The translations under genes were made by a program, and so were the position numbers. Shown piece by piece: positions 19,148 through 28,513 of a stretch of DNA of 64,000 nt. The notes beneath the pieces were generated by a model. It was not told where the DNA came from. It did no database searches and saw nothing but the letters and a program-made list of their open reading frames with translations. This DNA comes from a virus. Lineage: Duplodnaviria; Heunggongvirae; Uroviricota; Caudoviricetes. Each line of letters starts with the position of its first letter. Within the stretch, counting starts at the first letter, position 1. The stretch covers positions 10,116 to 74,115 of the IMG/VR virus record IMGVR_UViG_3300046779_001955; one strand, given 5' to 3'.

Positions 19148-19697
19148 AAATCCAAAGCCAAATACCTTGACTCATTAGTAATAATCCTAGAGCTGCTACT
19201 CCTATACTACTATAGAACATTGTCATTGATACTGCTAAGATACTTGCTGATAATAATACGATTGCAAGTTGATATGCTGTGCCTGCAAATGTCATCCAAG
19301 GACCATGACGTTTGGCCTGATCTCTGTCGGCTTCAAGATGCTGTGCTTTGGCCATAAGTTCTCGTTTGCCTTCGCCTTTTTCCGGATCGCTTTCGTAGCG
19401 TTCAATTTTGGCCCGCATTTTTTCTGCTTTGACCCGATCGCCGCGTTGAATAGCATCATCTAAGTTCTGTTCGGCCAGTGCTTGTTTAATTGATTTTGCT
19501 TGATAGAATGCCCATACGTTGTTTGCTGCAATGGTATTGTTGAGTACTTTGCTTGAAAATCCATTGGCCATGTAAGTATTAACCGCCAGCAGTAAGGCGA
19601 TGACTGTGATTACCCACCCTGCTTTGTCTTTGATTTTTGCTTCGGCTTCGCTGCGTGTTAGGACTTTGCCTGTGACTTTGTCGATCATTTGTTTCAT
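19146..19697 (-). CDS. membrane protein (1 TM + coiled coil + 2 TM)
   Basis: hydrophobic segments, charged coiled-coil middle. Confidence 0.6.
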   Translation of the reverse strand: MKQMIDKVTGKVLTRSEAEAKIKDKAGWVITVIALLLAVNTYMANGFSSKVLNNTIAANNVWAFYQAKSIKQALAEQNLDDAIQRGDRVKAEKMRAKIERYESDPEKGEGKRELMAKAQHLEADRDQAKRHGPWMTFAGTAYQLAIVLLSASILAVSMTMFYSSIGVAALGLLLMSQGIWLWI

Positions 19698-19725
19698 ACT
19701 TGTCCCTTTTCGTTATAGTTGATAT

Positions 19726-20508
19726 TTATCCGTCGATCTCACAATCAACCCACTTGAGGTTATTGTATTGATTATAAAACAGTGTGCCTTTTGGCAGCAA
19801 ACAACGACCTAACTCGGGTCGCATTTCTATACGTATTTGAACCACACTCCAAACCAACCAACACAAATACAGTATGGCTAGAGAAGTCAGACTCCAGCAC
19901 ATCACTTTGTATTTGATTCTTTTTTTACGTGCTGCTCGTGCGCGAGCTGCTGCGCGATCTCGCTGCATTTCAGCAGCGATTGCACCAGCCTGTTCAACAC
20001 CTACAATTTTCATCATGGCTTCAACTTCGGTCCACAGCGCACCTAGTTCTGGTGGTGATTGATACACCATGATCTCACGTAGTTCTGTTCCCATGGCGTC
20101 TAGCTGCTTTTTAAGTAGCACACGCTGCAGAGCACGTTTACCTATACTATCTTCGCCGTGATAGACTTCGGTTTTGCTACGGCGTTCTTCTTCTTCAAAG
20201 ATTGCATTGCATTTGTGAAGGTTATCAAAGTAAACTCCTAGCTGTTCTCCAATCTGTGTGTAGATATTAGTAGTATCACCACTCTGTTTGTTTAAGTTGA
20301 TGATGCGATTTTTTTCTTCAATGTATTGATTTTTTTCAGCAACAGTTGGGGGGTGATCTTTGTAAGCACGATGGAATTGATCATCAAGATCCTTGAGAAC
20401 ATCCTTGATGTCCCCAGCAGCACCTTTGATATCTTTATAAAGCTTACATCCTTCTTTGACGAGCTTTACTGCCCCGTTGGCCAAGGCAAACAGCGTTAGC
20501 GGATCCAC
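19726..20508 (-). CDS. hypothetical protein with C-terminal TM anchor
   Basis: 260 aa; Arg/Ala-rich stretch then hydrophobic helix. Confidence 0.6.
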   Translation of the reverse strand: MDPLTLFALANGAVKLVKEGCKLYKDIKGAAGDIKDVLKDLDDQFHRAYKDHPPTVAEKNQYIEEKNRIINLNKQSGDTTNIYTQIGEQLGVYFDNLHKCNAIFEEEERRSKTEVYHGEDSIGKRALQRVLLKKQLDAMGTELREIMVYQSPPELGALWTEVEAMMKIVGVEQAGAIAAEMQRDRAAARARAARKKRIKYKVMCWSLTSLAILYLCWLVWSVVQIRIEMRPELGRCLLPKGTLFYNQYNNLKWVDCEIDG

Positions 20509-20575
20509 AGCTTGCTCCTATTTTTGTTGTTTTAATAGCTGTAGATCTATTTAAGTGGATTGTTAAGAACTTTTC

Positions 20576-20935
20576 TTAGTTGTTTTTACGCAAAATACCG
20601 TCCCATTCAGGATCTGGCGCTTGATCCTTGAAACCTCGGATACGCTCATGTAAGATATCATAAAAACTATCAACTTTACCGCCCCATTGACCTTTGAGAC
20701 GAGTAATTCCTGACAGACACCCGTCCCAGTCTTGAGCTCGATATGCCTCCATGAGTTCGCGATGCCAAGACTGAAGTTTATCAACCACAGCAAGCTCTTG
20801 GAATGGAACATACTCAAGAACACAGTAAGCAGTGACTGGATTGTTTTGATTTGGTAATACCATAGTGTCAAGTTCTAGTACTATGTGTTTTTGCTCAAGT
20901 TCGGCTTTGGCAACGGGATCAAAAATTATGTGCAT
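20576..20935 (-). CDS. hypothetical protein
   Basis: 119-aa ORF. Confidence 0.5.
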   Translation of the reverse strand: MHIIFDPVAKAELEQKHIVLELDTMVLPNQNNPVTAYCVLEYVPFQELAVVDKLQSWHRELMEAYRAQDWDGCLSGITRLKGQWGGKVDSFYDILHERIRGFKDQAPDPEWDGILRKNN

Positions 20936-20959
20936 ATAAATTCCTTTTAAATATGTATC

Positions 20960-21742
20960 ATGCGTATTTCATTTGATTTAATTTCAGACTTACATATCGA
21001 AACCTGGGATAGTTTTGATTGGACTGGCCAAGCCACAAGTCCATTCTGTATTGTGGCCGGGGACGTTGCCAAAGATAGAACCATAGTTTTAGAAACCTTG
21101 GAACACCTGAACCAATGCTATCGTATGGTATTTTACATTGATGGCAACGATGAACACAAGTATTATATGGACGATGTTGGCCGAAGCTATCGAGAGTTAG
21201 CTGCCTCTATTGATGCCCTGGACAATGTTGTGTATCTACAAGACAATGTTGTTATCATGGACGGCATAGCTGTTATTGGCACCAATGGCTGGTGGGGGTT
21301 TGACTTTGATCCCAATATTGATATAAATCAAACCAAGTATTGGTGGGAAGAACAACAAGTTGATCCAACTAATGCTCGAATAGTTGAAGATCTCAGTAGA
21401 ACTGATGCTGCTTTTTTAATCAAAAGCATTCAAAGATTGCAGCGTCACCAAGATGTACGTCACATTGTTGTGGTAACTCACACCGTTCCAAGATATGATC
21501 TCATAAGCCATGATCTTCAACTTGAAGGAACCTATAGATTCAACTGTATGGGCAACAGTTTGATGGAACTGGCTCAACATGCTGATACAGAATCAAAACT
21601 ACACACTTGGTGTTTTGGACATTATCATAACTCAGTAGATAGATTCGTCAACGGTGTTAGATTTATCAACAACTGCCGCGGGCGTGGAGACACCGAGCAT
21701 AGTAACCCGGTGTATTATCCTAGACGTATTGAATTAGATTAG
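20960..21742 (+). CDS. calcineurin-like metallophosphoesterase
   Basis: DLHIE, GDV, GNDEH, GHYH metal-ligand motifs. Confidence 0.8.
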   Translation: MRISFDLISDLHIETWDSFDWTGQATSPFCIVAGDVAKDRTIVLETLEHLNQCYRMVFYIDGNDEHKYYMDDVGRSYRELAASIDALDNVVYLQDNVVIMDGIAVIGTNGWWGFDFDPNIDINQTKYWWEEQQVDPTNARIVEDLSRTDAAFLIKSIQRLQRHQDVRHIVVVTHTVPRYDLISHDLQLEGTYRFNCMGNSLMELAQHADTESKLHTWCFGHYHNSVDRFVNGVRFINNCRGRGDTEHSNPVYYPRRIELD

Positions 21743-22050
21743 GCTTCGGCTTCAATTTTAACTTGAAGCGGGTAGTTTTGAGTACGTGCGCTCACTGTGA
21801 CTTCAATGCCTTTTTGTTCGGCAAGTTCGTAAGGCAACACTGCCACAGTGGCCGAACCGGACTCGTGTATATCCATAGTGATATCATGAGCGGTAGTGGG
21901 AGTATAATCAAAGAACTCAACTAAGCTACCAATAACAAATTCCATGCTGGTTTGATTGTCATTGAGATAGATCACTTTGTACATTGGTGGTTCTTTGATG
22001 GCTGTTTGTAGTTTTGTACGTGATTCAACGAGTGCGTCAGATTGTGCCAT
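21739..22050 (-). CDS. clpS: ATP-dependent Clp protease adaptor ClpS
   Basis: PPMYKVIYLNDNQTSMEFVI matches ClpS core; ATG 22050 with AAGGAA SD preferred over TTG 22080. Confidence 0.8.
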   Translation of the reverse strand: MAQSDALVESRTKLQTAIKEPPMYKVIYLNDNQTSMEFVIGSLVEFFDYTPTTAHDITMDIHESGSATVAVLPYELAEQKGIEVTVSARTQNYPLQVKIEAEA

Positions 22051-22069
22051 TTTAGATTCCTTGATTTCT

Positions 22070-22088
22070 GGGAGGGACAAGCCCTCCC
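22070..22088. promoter_or_regulatory. GC hairpin GGGAGGG-acaag-CCCTCCC between hsp20 and clpS
   Basis: 7-bp GC stem; weak T-run so function unclear. Confidence 0.3.
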
Positions 22089-22104
22089 ATGTATTTACTT
22101 TAGA

Positions 22105-22545
22105 TTAGTTTGAGTAAGTGATTGCAATGCTCTTAGGCTTAATAACTTCAGGTAACTGACGCTCAAACCTTACAGTTAAAATACCATCGCGGCATACAGC
22201 ATCAACAACTTCAACATACTCACCCATGGTCCAGCTACGCATGAATTTACGATTACTGATTCCTTGATGCTTGTAGCTGTGTCCTTCGGGAAGCGCAGTA
22301 TCGCGCTTTTCACCAGTGATGATAACATCACCATCACGGGTAGCAACATCAATTTCACCTTGCGCAAAGCCAGCCACAGCAAGTTGTAGTTCAAAGGTAT
22401 TTTCGCCGGTTTCTACGATGTTGTAGGGAGGGTAGTTGTTATTGGCAGCATGATCAATTTGATTCATAATTCGATCAAATACGCGATCTACACCAATTGC
22501 ATTGCGGTAAAACGGGGTTAAATCAAAAGCAGTTACTTTAGTCAT
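22105..22545 (-). CDS. small heat-shock protein Hsp20 (IbpA-like)
   Basis: FDLTPFYRNAIGVDRVF ... GYPPYNI ... AVAGFA alpha-crystallin blocks; GAGGAG SD. Confidence 0.9.
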   Translation of the reverse strand: MTKVTAFDLTPFYRNAIGVDRVFDRIMNQIDHAANNNYPPYNIVETGENTFELQLAVAGFAQGEIDVATRDGDVIITGEKRDTALPEGHSYKHQGISNRKFMRSWTMGEYVEVVDAVCRDGILTVRFERQLPEVIKPKSIAITYSN

Positions 22546-22608
22546 GTCATTCTCCTCGTAAGCAAGTTGACTATTGTAGCCCGACCATCGGCACTACAAT
22601 ACTATTTA

Positions 22609-22884
22609 TTATACACTAGATCCAAAATTTGTTTTATTATTTAGGTCAACTACAAAGCGCCATCTTCGTGCGGTGTAACTTCGTGGGTTCCAAGTCACAG
22701 TAAAAAAGGTATAAAGATTATCACTCTCAAAACAGACTCTATGAAATAATTTGACTGTTTTGGATGTGTAAGGAATTCCATACTTCTCGCTCCAGGCCTT
22801 GAGTTCGGTTTCAATTATGTTTAGGGCAATTGCAACAGAACGCATGTGCTGGTCACGGGTGGGCAATGCGAACTCAATGTACAT
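22609..22884 (-). CDS. hypothetical protein
   Basis: ORF overlapping S21 stop; start uncertain. Confidence 0.35.
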   Translation of the reverse strand: MYIEFALPTRDQHMRSVAIALNIIETELKAWSEKYGIPYTSKTVKLFHRVCFESDNLYTFFTVTWNPRSYTARRWRFVVDLNNKTNFGSSV

Positions 22885-23105
22885 CAGTAGAATTGACGAG
22901 GTAATTGTTGGCTGTTGAGGTATTTCTTCCAACGAGCACGAGCAGAATTGCGCTTGATTTTTCTAGCTGTGGTAGGTTTAGTGTACTGTTGACGCTCCCG
23001 CAGATTTATCAACAGTTGCGATTCTGCAACTTTTTTCTTGAGTTTACGCAACGCTTTGTCAACATTGCCATCTTGACCCACATAAACTACTAAACCTCGA
23101 CGCAC
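22884..23105 (-). CDS. rpsU: ribosomal protein S21
   Basis: 73 aa, VDKALRKLKKKV ... RERQQYTKPT ... RKIKRNSARAR pattern. Confidence 0.85.
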   Translation of the reverse strand: MRRGLVVYVGQDGNVDKALRKLKKKVAESQLLINLRERQQYTKPTTARKIKRNSARARWKKYLNSQQLPRQFY

Positions 23106-24304
23106 TAGATGTTCTCCTTTGGTGTAGGGGTATTTACCTGGTCAAGATCAATTTCTACTAACTTTATTTCACGATCTTGATAGTGTTTTAGATTGTACAT
23201 GTGTGGCAACAAGATACGCTCTAATTCACTGTGCAAGCCCCGTGCTCCAGTTTTATTTGCTCGAGTTCTGCGAGCTATTTCTCTTAGACTTTCTGATGTA
23301 AATTTTAGTTCCACACTGTCTTGTTCAAACAACCATTGATACTGTGAAATGTAATTGTGTTTGATATCAGTGAGAATTGAAATTAATTGATCCTCATCTA
23401 GATCTGACAATGTGACCCAGCTCGGAAAGCGTCCCACAAACTCAGGAATCATACCAAACTTCATTAGATCATCAGGCACAACTTGACTTAGACTCACGGA
23501 TTCTCGTGAACCAACATCAGCGGCGAAGCCCATGGCAGTACCTTGTACACGATTCTTTACAATGGTGTTAAGCCCAACAAATGCTCCACCGGCAATAAAC
23601 AAGATATTGCGAGTGTTGATTTCAATCATTTCAAAGTTGGGATTTTTACGTCCAGCAACTGGGCTTACTCTACAGGTTGTACCTTCAACAATTTTTAGCA
23701 ATGCTTGCTGAACACCTTCTCCGGATACGTCTCTTGTGATAGATGCCGACTCACTCTTACGTGCAATTTTGTCTATTTCGTCAATAAACACAATTCCGCG
23801 TTCGGTTTTTTCAACATCACCGTTGGCAGCAATCAGTAGTCTAGATATCAATGTCTCGACATCATCGCCTACGTACCCAGCTTCGGTTATTGAAGTGGCA
23901 TCTGCAATGGCAAACGGAACATCAAGATAACGTGCCACAGTTCGTGCCAATAGAGTTTTGCCCGAACCTGTGGGACCAAGCATTAACACATTGGATTTTT
24001 CTATTTCTACGTCAGTGCTGGTATTGCTGATACGTTTGTAGTGATTGACAATTGACACTGCCAACATGATTTTGGCTTGATCTTGCCCAATGACATATTG
24101 ATCTAAAAAGTTTTTTATTTCAATGGGATCAAGCCTGCGTTGAATATCAACCTTGGGTGTTTCTACTGTGTCGTTTCCTAGCAGTTCTTGACATAGATCC
24201 ACACATTCATTGCAAATACCAACATGATCACCTACTATTAATTTTTTGACCTGATCCTTGTGCTTACCGCAAAAATTGCAGTGGTTAAATTGTTCTTGAG
24301 CCAC
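23105..24304 (-). CDS. clpX: ATP-dependent Clp protease ATPase subunit ClpX
   Basis: N-terminal C4 zinc finger (CNFCGK...CNEC), Walker A GPTGSGKT, ClpX-specific blocks. Confidence 0.95.
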   Translation of the reverse strand: MAQEQFNHCNFCGKHKDQVKKLIVGDHVGICNECVDLCQELLGNDTVETPKVDIQRRLDPIEIKNFLDQYVIGQDQAKIMLAVSIVNHYKRISNTSTDVEIEKSNVLMLGPTGSGKTLLARTVARYLDVPFAIADATSITEAGYVGDDVETLISRLLIAANGDVEKTERGIVFIDEIDKIARKSESASITRDVSGEGVQQALLKIVEGTTCRVSPVAGRKNPNFEMIEINTRNILFIAGGAFVGLNTIVKNRVQGTAMGFAADVGSRESVSLSQVVPDDLMKFGMIPEFVGRFPSWVTLSDLDEDQLISILTDIKHNYISQYQWLFEQDSVELKFTSESLREIARRTRANKTGARGLHSELERILLPHMYNLKHYQDREIKLVEIDLDQVNTPTPKENI

Positions 24305-25884
24305 TATACTCCCGTTGGGTTTTGTTTGTTTAACCTATCAGCTATCTGTTCACGCTCGCTGTAAGTTAATAATTCTGGATCGTATTCCCCAGATTCAATT
24401 TTCTCAATTAGATAATCAATATATGCAGCATCATAAGTGTAACTGTCACTGATGTCTTTGTCAACTTCAATCCACTTTTTGCCATTGTACTTATAAAGCT
24501 GGCTAGGCATGATATCAACTCTTAGGAATGTATCACCTCGCTTTGGCGTTTCAGGGAAATCAATTCCAAACCCCGATACATTTTCAATCTTGGGAGCATT
24601 GTCAGCATGTAATGCTAGATCCTGCATCCATGGCAGTTGTTCAATTTTTCCTGCATCTAGTAGTCGGCGCTGTTCTTTGATGGTGGTTTCTGGATGTGAG
24701 ATTTTCCATGCTCGCATGGCTTCTTTTTCTTCGTCGCTTTGCTCGTTGTCAACAATTGGTTCAACAACATCTACTACAGGCGGATTGCCTTCTTCTAATG
24801 CAGTGTCATAGGCTTTTTCAAATGCAGCAATTTCTTGATCAGTCCAGGGACGAATTGTTATTCCGGCTATGTCTTCGGGTGGACGAATATTCATTGCAGC
24901 CGCATCGTCTGATGAGGGATCCATAGCAAGCGGCTTGACTCCTTCTGTATCAAGCGGAGGCGGCATGGTATCATCAGAATCCAGAGACGAGGGACTCCCA
25001 GGAGCGACATCGGATTCGACTTGAACGTCAGGAAGCGGTTCAAGATCGAGCCCTTTGACTTCTGGCGGATCATCACGGGATTCTACGGTTGCGGCTGCAA
25101 GCGATGAGACTTCATGTTCAAATCTATCACGTTTGATCCAACTCATGCTTTCTGTTGCTGCCAACAGCATCATGATTGCAAGAGGATCAAATACAATAAC
25201 AATACAGATGATGACCCAACGCACTGCTTTTTCCAACATTGTTTCGTCGGGTTTGTCATTGTAAATCAACGCTGCGATATATTTGATAGGGCCAACTTCG
25301 GCTTCGACTTTTCTTAGTTCTTTGGCAACAGGAGCTCGTTCTTCTTTGAGTCGCGTGATTTCTTTTTGAGCTTTTGCAATGTCGTTTTGCAACGAGGTGC
25401 GTTCTCGAGACTGCGCTTTACGTATTTGGTTACTTCTTTCAGCTCCTCGCTCGTCTGACGACCTTCCAAGGATTTGATCCACTTGGCTGTCCATTTGTGC
25501 AAGTGCTCGGCGTGCAGACTCGATATTGTCTTGTTGCGTTTTAATTTTTTCATCGATCATCGTGACCTGATCGGCCACAGCGCCCGAAGGCACTGCTTGA
25601 TCAAGGTGTGCTTTGGATAAGAAACCAAAAATACCCATGCTGGTCAACATCATGAGAATAACCACGGCTGTGCATAGATATGCTTTCATTAATAGCTTGG
25701 CATCACGCCAGTATTCATGCAACCACAGGGTGACAGTGACCTTGGCTGTTTCTAAGATAGATCCCATGATGGCAATGGGTATCACTGCGGCAGCAAATAT
25801 AGCCATAAGGCCAGCTATACTGTAAAAAGCAGCAATGGCACTGAGTGCCACTGCTACCATCAACATAATATAACTTAGAAACAA
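24304..25884 (-). CDS. membrane protein with coiled-coil and acidic Pro-rich region
   Basis: multiple TM helices at N-terminus and middle; 526 aa. Confidence 0.6.
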   Translation of the reverse strand: MFLSYIMLMVAVALSAIAAFYSIAGLMAIFAAAVIPIAIMGSILETAKVTVTLWLHEYWRDAKLLMKAYLCTAVVILMMLTSMGIFGFLSKAHLDQAVPSGAVADQVTMIDEKIKTQQDNIESARRALAQMDSQVDQILGRSSDERGAERSNQIRKAQSRERTSLQNDIAKAQKEITRLKEERAPVAKELRKVEAEVGPIKYIAALIYNDKPDETMLEKAVRWVIICIVIVFDPLAIMMLLAATESMSWIKRDRFEHEVSSLAAATVESRDDPPEVKGLDLEPLPDVQVESDVAPGSPSSLDSDDTMPPPLDTEGVKPLAMDPSSDDAAAMNIRPPEDIAGITIRPWTDQEIAAFEKAYDTALEEGNPPVVDVVEPIVDNEQSDEEKEAMRAWKISHPETTIKEQRRLLDAGKIEQLPWMQDLALHADNAPKIENVSGFGIDFPETPKRGDTFLRVDIMPSQLYKYNGKKWIEVDKDISDSYTYDAAYIDYLIEKIESGEYDPELLTYSEREQIADRLNKQNPTGV

Positions 25885-25888
25885 ACTT

Positions 25889-26158
25889 TTATTCAGCGAT
25901 TTCAGAATCTTCTTCCTTGTCTACAACTTCAACTGGTAATGTATATTTAACCGATAACCAAGAAGCAAACCGTATATCGGGTATTTCGAACCATATTTTA
26001 CGAGGCTGTGGTAGCCAAATACGACTTGCCTCTGCACGAAGTGTTCGTTTTACACGTCGTTGACCTCGCCAATTGCCGGTACCAAACCAACGATTGGCTT
26101 CACGTATAACTGCATACCAATCAGATTGTAGTCTGCATGTTACTAAAATTCTGTGCAT
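25889..26158 (-). CDS. hypothetical basic protein
   Basis: 89-aa ORF. Confidence 0.5.
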   Translation of the reverse strand: MHRILVTCRLQSDWYAVIREANRWFGTGNWRGQRRVKRTLRAEASRIWLPQPRKIWFEIPDIRFASWLSVKYTLPVEVVDKEEDSEIAE

Positions 26159-26176
26159 AAAAGCGAACCGTTATGT

Positions 26177-26299
26177 CTAAGAGATCAACAATATACCAAT
26201 ATATCCTGCTAGCGTGACTGGAATTCCAATGTACCAGGCAATGCGCTTACCACAGGTAGTGACCAGCAATCTGACAGGTATAACATCTACCCTTGCCAT
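26177..26299 (-). CDS. possible 40-aa peptide with C-terminal TM helix (or part of an ncRNA)
   Basis: MARVDVIPVRLLVTTCGKRIAWYIGIPVTLAGYIGILLIS; lies ~225 nt downstream of a consensus promoter; weak SD. Confidence 0.25.
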   Translation of the reverse strand: MARVDVIPVRLLVTTCGKRIAWYIGIPVTLAGYIGILLIS

Positions 26300-26532
26300 T
26301 GCACGATCCAGTCTGCACCGAGCCTACTCTGTGCCCTTGATTCGTACTACGAATATAACACAGTTTTGTCAAAGAGTATCTGGATACATTTATTCCTCTA
26401 TTGACTGCAGACAATGCTCAACCTACTGTAGGACTAAATTTTTCAACTGTATCAGCCACGCTGGGGTGTTACCGTGTTTGCATATCGCAGACTCCCCGCA
26501 TCAGTTCCTACTGAACGCCCTATGCACTTATA

Positions 26533-26561
26533 ATTATACCAAGTTTTTGGTAAACTGTCAA
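26533..26561 (-). promoter_or_regulatory. consensus sigma70 promoter TTGACA-17-TATAAT
   Basis: revcomp TTGACAgtttaccaaaaacttggTATAAT; fires into 370-nt ORF-poor region. Confidence 0.65.
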
Positions 26562-26570
26562 TGACTTCGG

Positions 26571-26903
26571 TTAACTGATAACTGCTTTTTGTTTGGGCCT
26601 GTCGTCTCGAAAACAGTGCCCGTTTTCTCGAACCAATTCAGCAGCGCCCTGCGGATGGTCTTCGAACATCTGAATTATGTCCTCTTTGGTAACACCAGGC
26701 TCGGCACTGACCACATAGATTTCGTAGTGCCGATGAGTGTTGTATTGTGCTCTGAGTTGTAGGTGCATCAAATTTGGAATACGAACCTTGGCGGTTTCTT
26801 CTCGGAGTTTGGACCACATAATTGATTGTGAAATTTCAGTAAGGTCTTCGCAATACTCAAGACCGTACATATCCCACATCACTAAAAATTGGTGCTCGTT
26901 CAT
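26571..26903 (-). CDS. hypothetical protein
   Basis: 110-aa ORF. Confidence 0.5.
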   Translation of the reverse strand: MNEHQFLVMWDMYGLEYCEDLTEISQSIMWSKLREETAKVRIPNLMHLQLRAQYNTHRHYEIYVVSAEPGVTKEDIIQMFEDHPQGAAELVRENGHCFRDDRPKQKAVIS

Positions 26904-27112
26904 GCTAATCCTCGTACGAATCTATGGTAAAATGCCGCAGCCAAACAACTATATGCTAAGTCAGGTCTATCAACACGTTGATAGTGTATCCAGTGCTGGC
27001 CATCTAGTATAATTTCTTCAACAATTCTAAATTGTCGGCCGTCACCATTGCTCCATGTTTCACTCATGCGTTTTCTTAAGCTCCTCAAAAACCATCTCTT
27101 TGGCTCTGGCAT
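26900..27112 (-). CDS. hypothetical protein
   Basis: 70-aa ORF, start uncertain. Confidence 0.4.
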   Translation of the reverse strand: MPEPKRWFLRSLRKRMSETWSNGDGRQFRIVEEIILDGQHWIHYQRVDRPDLAYSCLAAAFYHRFVRGLA

Positions 27113-27356
27113 TGAGTTCTTCGCGTTCGGCTTGAATCATCTTCCAGGCCATGTCTGTTATGTACTCTACAATAGTATCTTTGCCTAGTTCAGTTAGACC
27201 CGAATACTCTCGTCCCACTGAACTAACTCGATAATGGCGATCGCTTTTTAAAATTTCTAACAATCCGCCATAGAGTACATCTTTAGTAGAATTACGTTTC
27301 ATTTTTGTATTCCAATATCTAAGTTGTAACCACAACAGTTTTATATGTTGTATCAT
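27060..27356 (-). CDS. hypothetical protein
   Basis: 98-aa ORF, start uncertain. Confidence 0.4.
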   Translation of the reverse strand: MIQHIKLLWLQLRYWNTKMKRNSTKDVLYGGLLEILKSDRHYRVSSVGREYSGLTELGKDTIVEYITDMAWKMIQAEREELNARAKEMVFEELKKTHE

Positions 27357-27374
27357 AATGTGTATCCACTTTCG

Positions 27375-27608
27375 TCATTTTACAATTTCAATGGTGTTAC
27401 CAAGGGCAAATTGCTCTACTCGGTGTTGATCAAAACATTTGGGACAAAGACAATTGTTGCCGGGTCCGCCCATGCCCGAGATTATAGTTCCGCATCTACT
27501 GCAAGATCTTACGGCTGCTGTAGAGATCATACCGGGTATAGGCGGAGGTATAACGCGATATTGGTTTTTCCCGCAGGGTGTATAGCCTATAATTCCTAAG
27601 TCGTCCAT
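27375..27608 (-). CDS. zinc-ribbon small protein
   Basis: CGK...CSRC...CLCPKC cysteine pairs; start at MDDLG. Confidence 0.5.
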   Translation of the reverse strand: MDDLGIIGYTPCGKNQYRVIPPPIPGMISTAAVRSCSRCGTIISGMGGPGNNCLCPKCFDQHRVEQFALGNTIEIVK

Positions 27609-27904
27609 TTTAATAACCACCATTGAATGTCATTGTAATTGGTAAATCCCCAACACTCTTGATTGTCTTGATTGTTACTCCAAAAGCATCGAACATACCC
27701 TTGTAAATTTTCTCTACACCAAGACCAGTAGTCTGTCTTGGTTGTTCCGGAGGCATTACGAACTTGCCCGACTGTTACAAACCATCCACATAGTGTAGAG
27801 TGTAAATCATGTTCGGGAATCCATAGTGGACTAGCTGGATCAACAGAAACTCCATTAAAATTTCTATCTATCCACTCAATGAATTCTTCTCTGGTTTGTA
27901 TCAT
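27596..27904 (-). CDS. LRW-tail small-protein paralog A (ends LLKWTT)
   Basis: Trp-rich; start at ATG 27904 forming ATGA overlap with paralog B stop. Confidence 0.55.
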   Translation of the reverse strand: MIQTREEFIEWIDRNFNGVSVDPASPLWIPEHDLHSTLCGWFVTVGQVRNASGTTKTDYWSWCRENLQGYVRCFWSNNQDNQECWGFTNYNDIQWWLLKWTT

Positions 27905-28134
27905 GCCCACCTCAAGGCAAATATACTGTAGGTTTTGGCATTGGGAATTGTAACAACCATGCCTTCTACTGACGAATTGTACTTTTGACACCAACGTCGG
28001 AGGTCAGTGTAATGTTCGTTCCAAAAAGTTATGTCTGACAGTATCACTGTGTACTCTAAAAAGTCATAACCTAACTCCAAGGGCGAATGTGTAATAAAAC
28101 GTCGTCGATGTGGATTGTCATAAACTACAGTCAT
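27901..28134 (-). CDS. LRW-tail small-protein paralog B
   Basis: ends IFALRWA; ATG within conserved GAGGTGGTCATGA junction. Confidence 0.6.
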   Translation of the reverse strand: MTVVYDNPHRRRFITHSPLELGYDFLEYTVILSDITFWNEHYTDLRRWCQKYNSSVEGMVVTIPNAKTYSIFALRWA

Positions 28135-28334
28135 GACCACCTCAACGCAAATAGTGTAGCATCAGTTTGATGAGCAAAGTAATAGACTCTATGAAACTCG
28201 TCTTTGTCATAGGGCACATCCCAATCCCAATCACGTTCATCTATGTTCTTAGACAACCATACAAGAAGATTCATAAAATGATCCTGTCCCTTCCAAGGCA
28301 TGGCTACTGGAATATTACACCAGTCTGCTTTCAT
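28131..28334 (-). CDS. LRW-tail small-protein paralog C
   Basis: ends LFALRWS; ATGA-coupled. Confidence 0.6.
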   Translation of the reverse strand: MKADWCNIPVAMPWKGQDHFMNLLVWLSKNIDERDWDWDVPYDKDEFHRVYYFAHQTDATLFALRWS

Positions 28335-28513
28335 GCCCACCTCAACAAGTATAACATATAATCTGATTTATTACGAAAACAAACATATCCACGATTTCGC
28401 CACCACGATCGATTCAGGGCGTAGCCGGTGTCGGGGCCGATATCACCAAAAGTTTGGCGACACCATTCTATCCTGGCGTATGCTTCGGGCATCTTTGCTC
28501 GGTAATAGGTCAC
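28331..28513 (-). CDS. LRW-tail small-protein paralog D (GTG start)
   Basis: ends LYLLRWA; GTGA junction in same position. Confidence 0.55.
   Translation of the reverse strand: MTYYRAKMPEAYARIEWCRQTFGDIGPDTGYALNRSWWRNRGYVCFRNKSDYMLYLLRWA

Noticed and set aside
22051-22080. TTG start at 22080 for clpS given by the ORF track
   Set aside because: The TTG sits inside the GGGAGGG/CCCTCCC hairpin. ATG 22050 has an AAGGAA SD at proper spacing and gives the canonical ClpS length.
24509-25317. Plus-strand ORFs of 61-100 aa inside the 24304..25884 membrane-protein gene
   Set aside because: They are antisense to a long well-formed CDS with TM helices and coiled coil, and have no SD.
26214-26564. 116-aa plus-strand ORF in the 26159-26570 gap
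   Set aside because: Low-complexity Ser/Thr/Cys-rich translation with no SD. It is antisense to the transcript predicted from the consensus promoter at 26533-26561.
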